Shown here: piece after piece, positions 49,828 through 60,900 of the stretch
Layout of the letters: each line of letters begins with the position of its first letter
Numbering within the stretch: the first letter of the stretch is position 1
Assembly (NCBI GenBank): GCA_030141605.1
Contig: JAQGDQ010000154.1
Coordinates: forward strand, 186,001-250,000
Source: Tubiluchus corallicola
Lineage: Eukaryota; Animalia; Priapulida
Direction: 5' to 3'
Length of the DNA: 64,000 nt
The notes under the pieces: generated by a model
Database searches by the model: none
What the model saw: the letters and a program-made list of their open reading frames with translations, nothing else
What the model was told of the DNA's origin: nothing
Program-made: the position numbers and the translations under genes

Positions 49828-50090
49828 AACGGCACGTTTCTCGCTGACATCTTACACAAACTTTCGTAAGTTACTGTCAACAATTGAAAACTCTTTAACT
49901 GTTGTGGCGAGTTGATTCTCCTGTGAGTTAATTTTGAGTTACTGTCTAGTGTGAACGCATCGGTGAGTTACAGAAAATAGAGAAGGTAGTGTCAACTCGC
50001 AGCTCTCAGCAAGTTCTGCTCTCTAGTCTGAACATGCTTGGGAGTTATTGCGCGAGTTTACTTGGCGGAAACCTCGCTAGTGTGAACTGT
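49828..50090. mobile_element. MITE copy (same family as 43058-43312)
   Basis: Shares gcaagtt(c/t)tgctctctagtctga...atgcttg.gagtta...ctcgct..t.tgaac with the 43058 copy. Confidence 0.65.
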
Positions 50091-50171
50091 GAAGTAATTA
50101 TTATTTAAAGAAAATACTGGCCTTTAGTAACTACGTGGAAAATTAAACATGAGTTTCTTTTTAACTTTTAG

Positions 50172-50327
50172 GCGTCAAAGATTGGAGCGTCCTTTCATAG
50201 ACCTGTATGTTGTTGATCGTCGTGCAGCTGCTTATAAGGACAAAGAAGAGAATATCTTACACAACACGTACGAACATGCTCGTGCAAAGGAAGATTATGA
50301 TGGTCCAGATCATAAGGCGTATGATAG
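50172..50327 (+). CDS. Tyr-rich secreted protein, exon 3
   Basis: ttttag|RQRLERPFIDLYVVDRRAAAYKDKEENILHNTYEHARAKEDYDGPDHKAYD|gtcagt; 156 nt, phase 2-2. Confidence 0.75.
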
Positions 50328-51463
50328 GTCAGTAATATCTGTATCAATGATCAAATATCATTGCTTCGCTGTGCAAGTATAAGTTTGTGGGCACTGCTAG
50401 AAATTTATGAAGAAAAGAGGTTTATGGTATTTGTCCGTGACAGATGTGTTCTGTTAAATAGATAGGTATTGCTAACTTCGTGTGTTGTTGAAATTATGGT
50501 TGGGTTGTTTAAAATTCTCTATACAAGCACCGTAGGCTTCATAGTTCCAGTGTCAATGTATTCAAGCACGATGCTGTCCAAAAAGTATGCTATATTGTGA
50601 GGATCTTTAATAGACTTAGTGCTAAAGCTAATAGACCAGCTTCGTTAATCATCCAATTAATATTCGAAGTTTTAGAATTCGTCCCCTTTCCAGTTCAAAA
50701 TCTAGTTATCTTCTCCTTTAACATGGGTGCTAGATTGCCACGTTGCTTGATGTTACCAATTAAAGCAAAATCTGTATTGTAGTAATGCATTGGCCACATG
50801 TTTTCGTATTTCTTGTGAGACAGAAGTCAGTAGTTTTAAATAGTGCAAAGTTTTCAACGGAAGCTGTAATGAAAATGAACACCATTTTTTTGCAATTGCA
50901 GGGTGCAGCGTAAAAACTGACCAAATGATTTTACATTTCTTGTTAAGTCTGCATAATCTGATCATCCATCTCTTTACATATGAATAAAGTATAGGCCAGC
51001 CATGGATTCCATAAATTTTTGTACTTGATGTATATTTTGTTTCTACACTTATAAAGCAAAAGACAGTTGCATTTTACCGCAATTTGTCATAGATACATGT
51101 TGTGGTAGAAGTAATTTTTTCAGCGCATTCAGCCTATGCGGGGTAGTGATTTTTCCCCTCAAAATGGACTATTCTTCTTTGACTGTTCTTGAGTAAACCA
51201 TATCATTCTTAAACGGTGCACAACTTATAGCGCTCAATACCTAAATATCAAAGAAAATGTCAAGTTTCCTAAAATTCTAAGTCACACTGCATTAGACAAA
51301 TATATATAGTTGAAATATTAAACAAATCCTCCTTCAACCGAATGCCAACTGCTTTTTGAACTACAAACGTGATTTGGTGGCGCCATCTAGTTGTTGATAT
51401 ATATTTAACGACAATTACGTTGCATGAAATGCTACCAAAACCACTAATATATTAACGTTACAG

Positions 51464-51512
51464 GTACTCGAGATACGCCGACGAAGACGAGAATTACATC
51501 GTGAAAGAGTTG
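51464..51512 (+). CDS. Tyr-rich secreted protein, exon 4
   Basis: ttacag|YSRYADEDENYIVKEL|gtaaat; an alternative donor lies at 51543. Confidence 0.7.
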
Positions 51513-51896
51513 GTAAATTATATGGAGTTTGAAGATGAGCTAGGTACAACGATTGAGATTTTTATTGCAAATACCTGATGTGTCAAAGAGCTTTTATAAC
51601 AAATTATTTTTAAAAGCAAATTACAGGTTGAGCTCAACAATTCTGAGTGCACTTCAATTCCCTAAACAGATGTGTTGATTACTCTAGAAAAGCTAGAATT
51701 TCATTGATGACGATATAATAACATGTTTTAATTACGGTTATTACTATTAGTACCTCATATATCTGTAATTTGTAATACCATTAGTTAGTTACCGTTGTCT
51801 AACTAAACACTAAATGGTTTATAACTTACCAAGAAAATGACAACAACATTTTGTTAAGGTGTCAGAAGTTTGCAATAAGCCTTTTAATAGTTTCAG

Positions 51897-51927
51897 CGAT
51901 TGATGATGATCGTGCAAAGGTCAAAGG
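51897..51927 (+). CDS. Tyr-rich secreted protein, 31-nt micro-exon 5
   Basis: tttcag|cgattgatgatgatcgtgcaaaggtcaaagg|gtaagt = RLMMIVQRSK-G; converts phase 0 to the phase 1 required by the last exon. Confidence 0.6.
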
Positions 51928-52489
51928 GTAAGTGTACCAGACAAGGCATTGTTGCACACTTGCCAACGCCTCACAGCCCATGCTTAACAGCTTGCTGGAA
52001 CCTTACCTGGCTCATTTCTTCTTGTTCCAAGCAAGATCCAGCCAGCAAATCACTCTACGCACAGACCAATGCATAACTAAGCAAAGTCCACGTAAAATAA
52101 CTGAAGTTACTAAATTGATGCGGCCGACGGCTTTGCTGTACATAAATGTCACGTGACAGCTGTAGTTAAGACGCGTTGCTGTGGTATACTTAACCTTTGA
52201 CCTGAGGCTTATTATCATCATCTAATTGTCAACATTATTATTAATGGTGTTACAAATACACAATTAATTAAATTTTGATACCATACTTGAAAGACAGGAA
52301 ATCAGAAAAAGTTGGAATGCAGCCTGGATTTGATTGGCAATCTACGAAGTAAGCAGAAGGTCGCTGGTTCAAATCAAAGGCGTATTCCAACCTTTTCACA
52401 TATTGCTTTTTTTGAAATTTAGTAACAAAATTTAATTAATTATGGGTTTTTAACATCATCTATAGTTAGCCTAGATCGTTTAAATTGTT

Positions 52490-52497
52490 ATATTATC

Positions 52498-52529
<32 letters not shown>

Positions 52530-52852
52530 CATTATCATTATCATTATCATTATCATTATCATTATCATTATCATTATCATTATCATTATCATTATCATTA
52601 TCATTATCATTATCATTATCATTATCATTATCATTATCATTATCATTATCATTACCATTACCATTACCATTACCATTACCATTACCATTACCATTACCAT
52701 TACCATTACCATTACCATTACCATTACCATTACCATTATCATTATCATTATCATTATCATTATCATTATCATTATCATTATCATTATCATTATCATTATC
52801 ATTGTCATTATCATTATCATTATCATTATCATTATCATCATTATTATTATTA
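52490..52852. repeat. (ATTATC)/(ATTACC)n hexanucleotide microsatellite
   Basis: Direct reading; lies at the 3' tail of the adjacent minus-strand LINE remnant. Confidence 0.97.
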
Positions 52853-53410
52853 GTTTATTTCGCATAAAAATATACAGTTTACAAAGATAAAGATGTTAGT
52901 AAAACAGGTAATGCGGTGTTAGTAAAGTAACATATCTACAGACATTCAACTTTATAATAACCACACATTGTAGTTCCCTTGTAATTATATTACATTATAC
53001 AGCGTTGTAAGGAGCTATAATAGATATCTTAAAACATAATCTTTAAATGAGTTCTTAACTTTTAATTTTACATTTTCGTTTAGATCTACAGTACAACCAT
53101 ATTTAAATCTTAAATTTACTCGACTGTTATTTACATAATAGCATAGCTTTGGAATTCTCAATGTGCAAGATTTTGCAATTTTTCTCACAAAGTTCAATTT
53201 TCGACTATCTATTAAATAATTCGCAGGCATTGTGCCACAAAAATACATTAACAATTTGACGCTTTCATTTTGTCTAAAACCGAAAATTTTTCTATAAGCA
53301 GTGTTCCATTTTACCCCATTGTTTACCCCATTTTACTTCATTGTTTGATATACCCCCAATTTCGCATCCGTATAATAAAATGGGTAGACAATATGTATTG
53401 ATCAGAGTTT
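52853..53410 (-). mobile_element. LINE (L2/CR1 group) 3' remnant, frameshifted
   Basis: NTYCLPILLYGCEIG ... VKWNTAYRKIFGFRQNESVKLLMYFCGTMPANYLIDSRKLNF, typical of the post-RT ORF2 region; tail aataaac plus microsatellite. Confidence 0.75.
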
Positions 53411-53486
53411 TAGCTACTATGTCATTACGATTATGGCCCATACTTGAGAGAAAAACGTTCTTAGAGAAAAATTTCCCTATTTTTAG

Positions 53487-53881
53487 GTACGCACCATCGG
53501 TTTACAGTTCGTGTTCATTATGTGGATGATGCTGATAGGGGTGGCTACTACCAACACTACGGTTACATTACGAGAGAAACCCCACATGGGAGAAAGATCA
53601 TAGCCATGTCTGGACCATATTACACGAAATACATTTACAACAGCGAAGACGGCCAGTACTATCCAAGACGTGTTCTGACCGGCTATGAAAACGTGAACGA
53701 TGACTATGACTACAGCCAAGTGAATGAATTTGGTCAAAATGAACACGTTTCTACTGGAAATGCAAAGTACTTGCAGTACTACCCCAGCATTTTAAGAGAA
53801 GATCGTTTAGACGCATCTAATCGGGGTTATCAGAATCATCGTGGTTTTCGATATCGGAGTCCTTTGTATCGGCGTTATTAA
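53487..53881 (+). CDS. Tyr-rich secreted protein, terminal exon
   Basis: tttttag|GTHHRFTVRVHYVDDADRGGYYQHYGY...RSPLYRRY*; 21 Tyr in 131 aa; the spliced CDS is 876 nt (291 aa). Confidence 0.8.
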
Positions 53882-54657
53882 GCAGCAATTTCCATATCTC
53901 CCTCATATTTCCTTATCAAGATCGTGGCTTAGTTAACTTCTAATGACGTCTTTTAATGTTAGATTTCATGAATATACACTTTTTGGGAAATTAGTCTAGT
54001 TTACTATTTCTGTTGACAATAAATTTTTGAACAGCTCTCAGAAAGTTCCAAGAACAAGCAGACATGTTAATTTCCTTGCTTCGTCTGATAGTTTCTTCTA
54101 AGTAAAGTTAATAAATCAACTTGTGGCAAGTGAAAAAGACAAAAGTACATCACAAGTCGAGGCAGTGTAAAAATTTGTTGATAAAAGATAACGTATTGGT
54201 AGTACATTGTACCAATAAACAGTGTAAGTAGCATATTGCGCAATAGTTTACCAAGGCTTTCAAGTGCAATTGAAGTTGCTCTGTAGATAAAATCCATATA
54301 TGTAGTTCGTATTTTTACGAAAGAATAAAAGTTCCTTTCTTAGCCTTTGAGAAAATTTCTTACTAATGTTGTCTGAATAAATTTACGCTGATTGTGGCTA
54401 AGTTAGACGATATGACGAAATATTTGGCATTGACGCTACAGTTAGATAAGTAGTTAGTGAATTACATCTAGCCAATAATAAATTCACTCACTGGTCTTTA
54501 AACAAGACATGCGTCTTAACAAAAACAGGGTTGAAATGCTTGTCAATTATTATTATTATTGTTTATTTTGGAGAAGAACTGACGACTCACGTTTTATCCC
54601 GGGTGACTTGATTATGTGATTTTAATAAATTTATTCAGTTCGGTGATCATTCAATAA

Positions 54658-55728
54658 TCAAGGAGCTTTGATTTTCATTTTCTTGTTAACTTGCGTAGCT
54701 GCTGGAGTTTTTTCACAGTTTTTCACACTTGCATCACAGATTAGAAAATTTGTAAATGAAAATTTTTGAGTGCAGTTGCCCATAGTCGACACAGTTGCGC
54801 CGGTTTTTCTACAGCAAATAACTTTGCGGTATAACTTCCGAAACTTACGATCTCTGAAGCCATATATCATCGGATTCAAAAATGAGTTACAGAAAACGAA
54901 AGTACATTCTGCCGTCAAATCAGGATGTATTGCTGCTACTGGATTTAAGAAAGAGGTAAAAACGTCGATCAGAGCAACGATAACAGGTGGTAGCCAACAT
55001 AAAATTAACGCTACTAGCACGATTAGTGTGGTGATGAATGGCTTGATTTCTCTTTTGAAACGTTGCTGTTGAAATGTAGCTGCAGAATTTGCTACTACAT
55101 GTTGCTTAATTTGATTAAGATGATGGCGAGCTATGTTCATTACGCGAATATAGAAATACGCAATGACCGGAGTCGGTATAAAAAAAGTTACTGTCAGCCA
55201 AAACAAAACGTAACTAGGTGATTGTATTTTCAGTAAGCGACAAGAGCCATGGTATTCGTTTACCCATCCCAAATATGGTAATGATGCTAGAGATAAGGCA
55301 ACTAACCATGATGCTATTACTAGCAGAACAATACGCTTACTAGTCATCAGAATGCTCTTCAATGGATAAACAATCTTTTCGTATTGGCTCACGGATATCA
55401 GCAAAATACTAAACATTGGGGAACACCAGTATGTATTACTCGTAAATTTTGCAAGGCATGCATGTTTTGATGACGTCAGGTCAGGTTCAAAGACTGTAAG
55501 CACGATGTACAACATGGTTACTCCTGTTAGTAGGTCGGCAACTGCCAAGTTTCCAATGAAAACATAGGATGTTTCCAATGAAAAACGTTTTTCCACCAAT
55601 AGAGTAATCAGAACAAGTGCATTGCTGACAAATATAAGGAATGCAATTGCGATCATAAATACCAAAAGAATACTTGCGTATGGAGACGAAACAAAATCTT
55701 CAAAAGTGCTTATATTAGACGCATTCAT
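54658..55728 (-). CDS. intronless class A (rhodopsin-like) GPCR, adenosine/melanocortin/GPR119-like group
   Basis: 7 hydrophobic segments; N-glycosylation sites NAS/NIS; TM1 SNxLV, TM2 NLAVADLL, TM4 W, TM6 CWLP, TM7 NSFLNPMIY, helix 8 FRK and CC; DRY replaced by SQY. Confidence 0.92.
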   Translation of the reverse strand: MNASNISTFEDFVSSPYASILLVFMIAIAFLIFVSNALVLITLLVEKRFSLETSYVFIGNLAVADLLTGVTMLYIVLTVFEPDLTSSKHACLAKFTSNTYWCSPMFSILLISVSQYEKIVYPLKSILMTSKRIVLLVIASWLVALSLASLPYLGWVNEYHGSCRLLKIQSPSYVLFWLTVTFFIPTPVIAYFYIRVMNIARHHLNQIKQHVVANSAATFQQQRFKREIKPFITTLIVLVALILCWLPPVIVALIDVFTSFLNPVAAIHPDLTAECTFVFCNSFLNPMIYGFRDRKFRKLYRKVICCRKTGATVSTMGNCTQKFSFTNFLICDASVKNCEKTPAATQVNKKMKIKAP

Positions 55729-56984
55729 TATTATTACTACGTATTTAAAAAGTTCGGCTCATAAAACAACAAAGCGCACGTCAAATTGCTGTACGAGCTG
55801 AAAATGTTAAAATGGGTAGTTTTACTAGATTTTTGAATTTCAATGCGCATGCGCTAATTAAGTCTGCACTAAACGGATCCAATGTATCAAGACGGGATCG
55901 TATTATCGTAATAACAAGGGAGGGTAGTATTTTACCTTTGCAAGCACAGACAGTTTTTAGTGAAAATATTATCAACTATACCACTTTTCACTTTCCCAGT
56001 TAAAATCATTTTTGTACCACTCCGCAAAAGATGCACAGAATAGCTAATTTTTTAGGAATCCATCTTGGACTCGATTATGACAAACGTGGATACGACGGTA
56101 AGGATGAGCATCAATATCATAACTACTGAGCAGCTTGAACTGTTCACTGCCTATAATATGATGACATTGATTGGTTACATAATGTGTCATAATACGTTTC
56201 AAGTGTGGTAATCCTTATTAAAATATGATGACACTGAAAACAGGGTAATGTTGCTTTTGACTGAATGCATTTTATCACGTGGTGGTGATGATGACCACGT
56301 GACTATTTAAGATAAATCTGCTTAAACGTTTTTTATTTCGAAAGATAAAATTTCATTCTACAGTTTAGTCTTGTTTTTATTCTAAATTACACATAATTTA
56401 CACATGACCTTTTCAGTGCTTAGAGCCTCTTGAGGTCCAAGTCCGATCCTGATTACATTTGCTATTTTGGAGCAACACGGTATTTTTTTTAGTATTTGTC
56501 GGTGAAATCATTGTAAGTATGATTCCTCCTTACATCACGAAAAATCTTTATTCGTTTCAAGTGTTCGTCATTGGCAATTGTTGTTGGAAAATGTAAAACC
56601 AAGTTGCACCATTAGCAGTTCTATTTTTAACTCAGTCTACGACAATATAAAAGCTACCATCTTATGTTTGAAAAGAAATGAACTTTATGATTTGTCTATA
56701 TTGAGCATTGATAGTGGATCAAAAGTTGTCCACTATCAAAACTAATAACAGCTGCTCGTTTTAATATCCGAGCGTGATTCTCTGTCCGTCCGCCACATTT
56801 TTTCAACCCGAAAAGTGTTTATCCCGTCCAATTCGAAAATTGAAATTTGCTCTAATGATTAAGTTGTTCTTAGTTCAAAACAAGAAATGTCGTTGGTTCA
56901 AAACAAAAAATGCAGAAATGCTGACTACTTATTAATTAGAACGGTTTTATTAATTAGTTAATTTTTCTCTAATTTAAATAACAT

Positions 56985-57215
56985 GCTCGTCGTCATCATC
57001 ATCATTATCGTCATCGTCGTCGTCATCGTCATCATCATCATCATCATCATCATCATCGTCGTCGTCGTCGTCGTCATCATCATCATCATCATCATCATCA
57101 TAATCATCATCATCGTCGTCGCCGTGATCATTATCATCGTCTCATCATCATCAACATCATATCTTCGTCATCGTCATCATATCGTGATAAGCAGCAGCAG
57201 CGGTGGCAGCAGCGG
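56985..57215. repeat. (CAT/CGT)n and (CAG) microsatellite
   Basis: Direct reading. Confidence 0.93.
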
Positions 57216-58559
57216 CAGACGAATCTCATTAATAAAATGCTTTTTTACTTTATTAAAGTTTTTTCAGGTAGCGTTTACATTACCGCTGTTTGTTATCAAT
57301 GAAACTTCAAAATTTATTGCTTAAACCTCGTGTCCAATGAGTTAAAAATAACACTATGGTTGATAGCAACAGTATTTTATAGCATTGCGTTTGCAAATAA
57401 TAAAATCATGTTCTCAGTGATTAGATCTGCTTTGATATTTTGATTAAACGGGAAGAGGACACTAGGGATATTCCGAATTTGACTAAAACACATTTTTACA
57501 GCTCAGCAAACTGTAATTCCATTAACATTATCGTTGAACTGATTATAATTATTGATTTTTGAACTTAGGCACTGGATTAAAAATGTACGAATATCATCAT
57601 CGTGTACATACACGTTTCCCTACCTGTTAAATTTGGTCTTGCCCCTTTAACTGTCATCAGTCATGTGACCAGGTAGTTGGCCAGGTAGACATTACCTGGC
57701 ATGCAATTCAAGTTGTTATGATGTGAATGTTGTGAAATGATTGCTGTTTTTTTTTGCAAATTATAAGCGTCAAAACTCAGGGAGACCATATGTAAGTGTC
57801 TAATTATCTTTATACAATTAGGGCTTTTTCGCTGTTATTTTTTTGTATAATTATAGACGAAAATCACGTAACCTATTTTAGTAATTTACCTGTATCAAAC
57901 TTATGCTTTTCTGCTAAAAACTCATTGCTGTAATTTATTGTTACAGATAAAACGACAATTGCTGCATATTAAACATATTTGGATGTTCTCGAGTTTAAAT
58001 GGAGTTTAAATGCATTAAAGCACCAGACACGTTGATATGAGTTGCAGAACTTCGAGCCAGACTTGCCATCAAGTAGCAAACTGATGACGAGTAGCAAACG
58101 ACATGCTAATAACGGTCATTAATTAGACACAGTGACAGAGTGACTCACAATCTATTAGGGCCAAACGTTTTAAAAATCTCGCAGGAACTGTTATAACCGT
58201 TAGTAACAATTGTCAAGAGCATAGTAAAGGGAAGATTAAACATGAAAAAGGAAGCATGACACGTGCCATATCATTTTGAATTCAATTTCATTTAAAAAAA
58301 ACAATTTTTTAAAACGGTTTTAAAGTAAGCACAGATATCAAAAATCTATGTAGGTTTTATTATTTTAATTATAAGCTGTGTGAGAAATTTAGGAAGCAGT
58401 TATAACAGTCTCTTTCCTGTAGGCTTCATTCTAGCAAAAAAGTTGAGCCCAGAATAATGTCTTCAACGCAGCTAATTCAAAGCTGTGCAGATAATTCAAT
58501 ATACTGAGAGTTTATTAGTCGAGGAAAATGAATTCAGGAAAATTTTCTAAGCCAATGCT

Positions 58560-58695
58560 ATAATAACAATAATAATGATGATGATGATGATGATAATAAT
58601 AATAGTAATAATAATCATCATCGTCATCTTCATCATCATCACATCATCAACATAATGATAATAAAAATAAAAATAATAATAATAATAATAATAAT

Positions 58696-58776
<81 letters not shown>
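58560..58776. repeat. (AAT)/(GAT)/(CAA)n compound microsatellite
   Basis: Direct reading. Confidence 0.93.
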
Positions 58777-59076
58777 TTAACTAGTTGTATTAGCTACTAT
58801 CATGCTAAGGAAGTTATTAAAACGTCTGCTGTCAATTTTCATGCGATGCCACAGTCACTATAGAGTCTATAGTTATAAACTAAAGCCAAATCAATAGTTA
58901 CTAATTTACGTGCTGTGCATACTCTGCGCATGTGGGCAAATTAAATTGTAGTTAGACAGATGTAAAATGGTGCTTGTGGTACGCAGTGGATCGACACTTT
59001 ACATGATTGTAACACAAGTGTCTGCATTATAGCATGTATAGAACTGTCGTAGAATTTAATTGAAACTGATACGAAA

Positions 59077-59140
59077 ATGGAAGTGTATATAGTTTTGCTT
59101 GTTTTATGCACAGTTTTATTTGGTGTCCAGTCTCGCCCAG
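59077..59140 (+). CDS. alkaline phosphatase exon 1 (signal peptide)
   Basis: aaaATGg start; MEVYIVLLVLCTVLFGVQSRP|gtaaat, hydrophobic signal peptide, phase 1. Confidence 0.7.
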
Positions 59141-59619
59141 GTAAATGTGCGTTGTTTTGTTTCTATTTTAAAATTTGTCTATAATGTGCTTGAGTCTAAT
59201 CAACTTTTAACATAATACAAAACTAACAATGGTTTGAATATTATTTATTTCGGTTAGCGAAAACCTATGCAAGCTTGACACACGCACGATTTTACTTAGT
59301 TGAAGTTGATGAACGAAAGTTCAATGTGTGTCACCGGTCGTTTTAAAGTATTTTGGCACTGCCCAATCGAATATGATGTAAATTTGTTGTATAATCTATC
59401 TTACAGCTGTTGTATCACATAATCGCGTTTGCCATTATTCTTATTAAAAAATTTAGATTTGCACTGCTTCTTAATTTTGTTTTCTCCCTAATAGTGAGGT
59501 CAGGGCCAACTAATCTAGGCATAATGTGTGCTATTTAATTCGTTTAATTGTGACCTTTCATTTGATTATATTATATTATATTATTATATTATATTATATT
59601 GTGACCTTTCATTACTAGC

Positions 59620-59892
59620 TAAAAGTTGTTCGAAACTGGAATTTGTCTCACTAGCCCCAAAATTTTGCCTACTGTCGGGGCCAGGGATCATCCAATCTGG
59701 GAGTTCTTATACTGTTCCATTTGTCTCAACGAAACTGTTCATTTGATGTACTACAAGCCACTGTTACTTAACACTGGAAACATTTGTCTCACTAAACCCA
59801 CAAAATTTTGGTTTTTCGCCACAGACGGAGTCAGGGGTCATCCAGTCTTGGAGTGGATTATACTGTTCCATTTGTCTCAACGAAACTGTTTA
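59620..59892. repeat. ~153-bp tandem duplication
   Basis: actggaa..atttgtctcacta...caggg..catcca...tatactgttccatttgtctcaacgaaactgtt occurs twice. Confidence 0.8.
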
Positions 59893-60099
59893 TTTGGTAT
59901 TTTAATTTTATTCAGTATACAACACAAAACAACAACAACAACAACATTGATCCTGTACATAGGATGGAGCGACTCACATAGCAAAAAATATACACGATAC
60001 TAACAAATGCACATTGATAACAAAAACACAATGATAACACAAAAAAGACAACAATAGTAAGTAAGAATATATTTTGCGGGTTGCGATTTCAAATTAAAA

Positions 60100-60335
60100 T
60101 TATTTACTATCCTGTTTCTCTTTCCTTTTCTTACTGATGTCGTAAATAAGGTTTATTACTAGGGTTCTCATCTCTGCATCATTTAGGCCATTAATAAACA
60201 TAAACTGTTCACTTACAGGCATTTCTGCAAAAGGAGGAAATATTTTTAAAATGTTTTCAAATACAACTTTTTTCTCATTTTGATAAGCAGGACATGTCAC
60301 ATGTCATACAAAAATGCATTTCATCTTCCATTTGA
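60100..60335 (-). mobile_element. non-LTR retrotransposon ORF2 C-terminal remnant
   Basis: MEDEMHFCMT/CPAYQNEK... resembles the EDExHFxxxCPxY zinc-knuckle tail of LINE ORF2; frameshifted by a short duplication. Confidence 0.65.
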
Positions 60336-60368
60336 TTTATTCTTGGTTTTGTTTTTGTTTTATTTCAG

Positions 60369-60416
60369 GAACAAAGCATGAAAGACATCCGAGACATGCA
60401 TATCAACACACAGGAG
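60369..60416 (+). CDS. alkaline phosphatase exon 2 (His/Arg-rich N-terminal segment)
   Basis: tttcag|GTKHERHPRHAYQHTG|gtacgg; 48 nt, phase 1-1, joins exon 1 to the catalytic exon in frame. Confidence 0.55.
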
Positions 60417-60758
60417 GTACGGAAACGTCAAATGCTCAATGGCCTCTAGAAACCTAATGTATAGCTGTCGTACAGGGACATATAAAGTTTTTGTTGATTT
60501 AACTCCCTTTTTATAAAAACATGTTTATACTGAAATTTTGGACTCTAAGTTGTAAAACTTAAAAATGATGAACTTTGAAAGTTGTGATTTTTTGTTTCCA
60601 TTTTTTCAGTGTCGGTTGTTCCAAGTCAAAAAGTAAGCCTTTAATGTTGCGCAGAAACTGATTCCCTGCAATTTCTTAAGTATTAATATTACAATTAAAC
60701 AGAACTGTGCACGCCTTCGCTACGCCTCTTTAAACAAAGCTGTGTACGTAATTTCTAG

Positions 60759-60900
60759 CTGTTGACGACACGAATTGGTGGCAGACGGGACAAAGTCAAT
60801 TAGAGCAAAACTTACGAGTCAAACTGAACTGCGGAGTTGCTAAGAACGTCATATTTTTTATGGGAGATGGCATGGGACTAACGTCGCTTTTACTGGGAAG
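60759..60900 (+). CDS. alkaline phosphatase, first catalytic-domain exon
   Basis: VDDTNWWQTGQSQLEQNLRVKLNCGVAKNVIFFMGDGMGLTSLLLGR|gtaaat; matches the ALP signature W...AKNVIxFxGDGMG...R with a phase-2 intron in R. Later exons not confidently found in the window. Confidence 0.9.
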
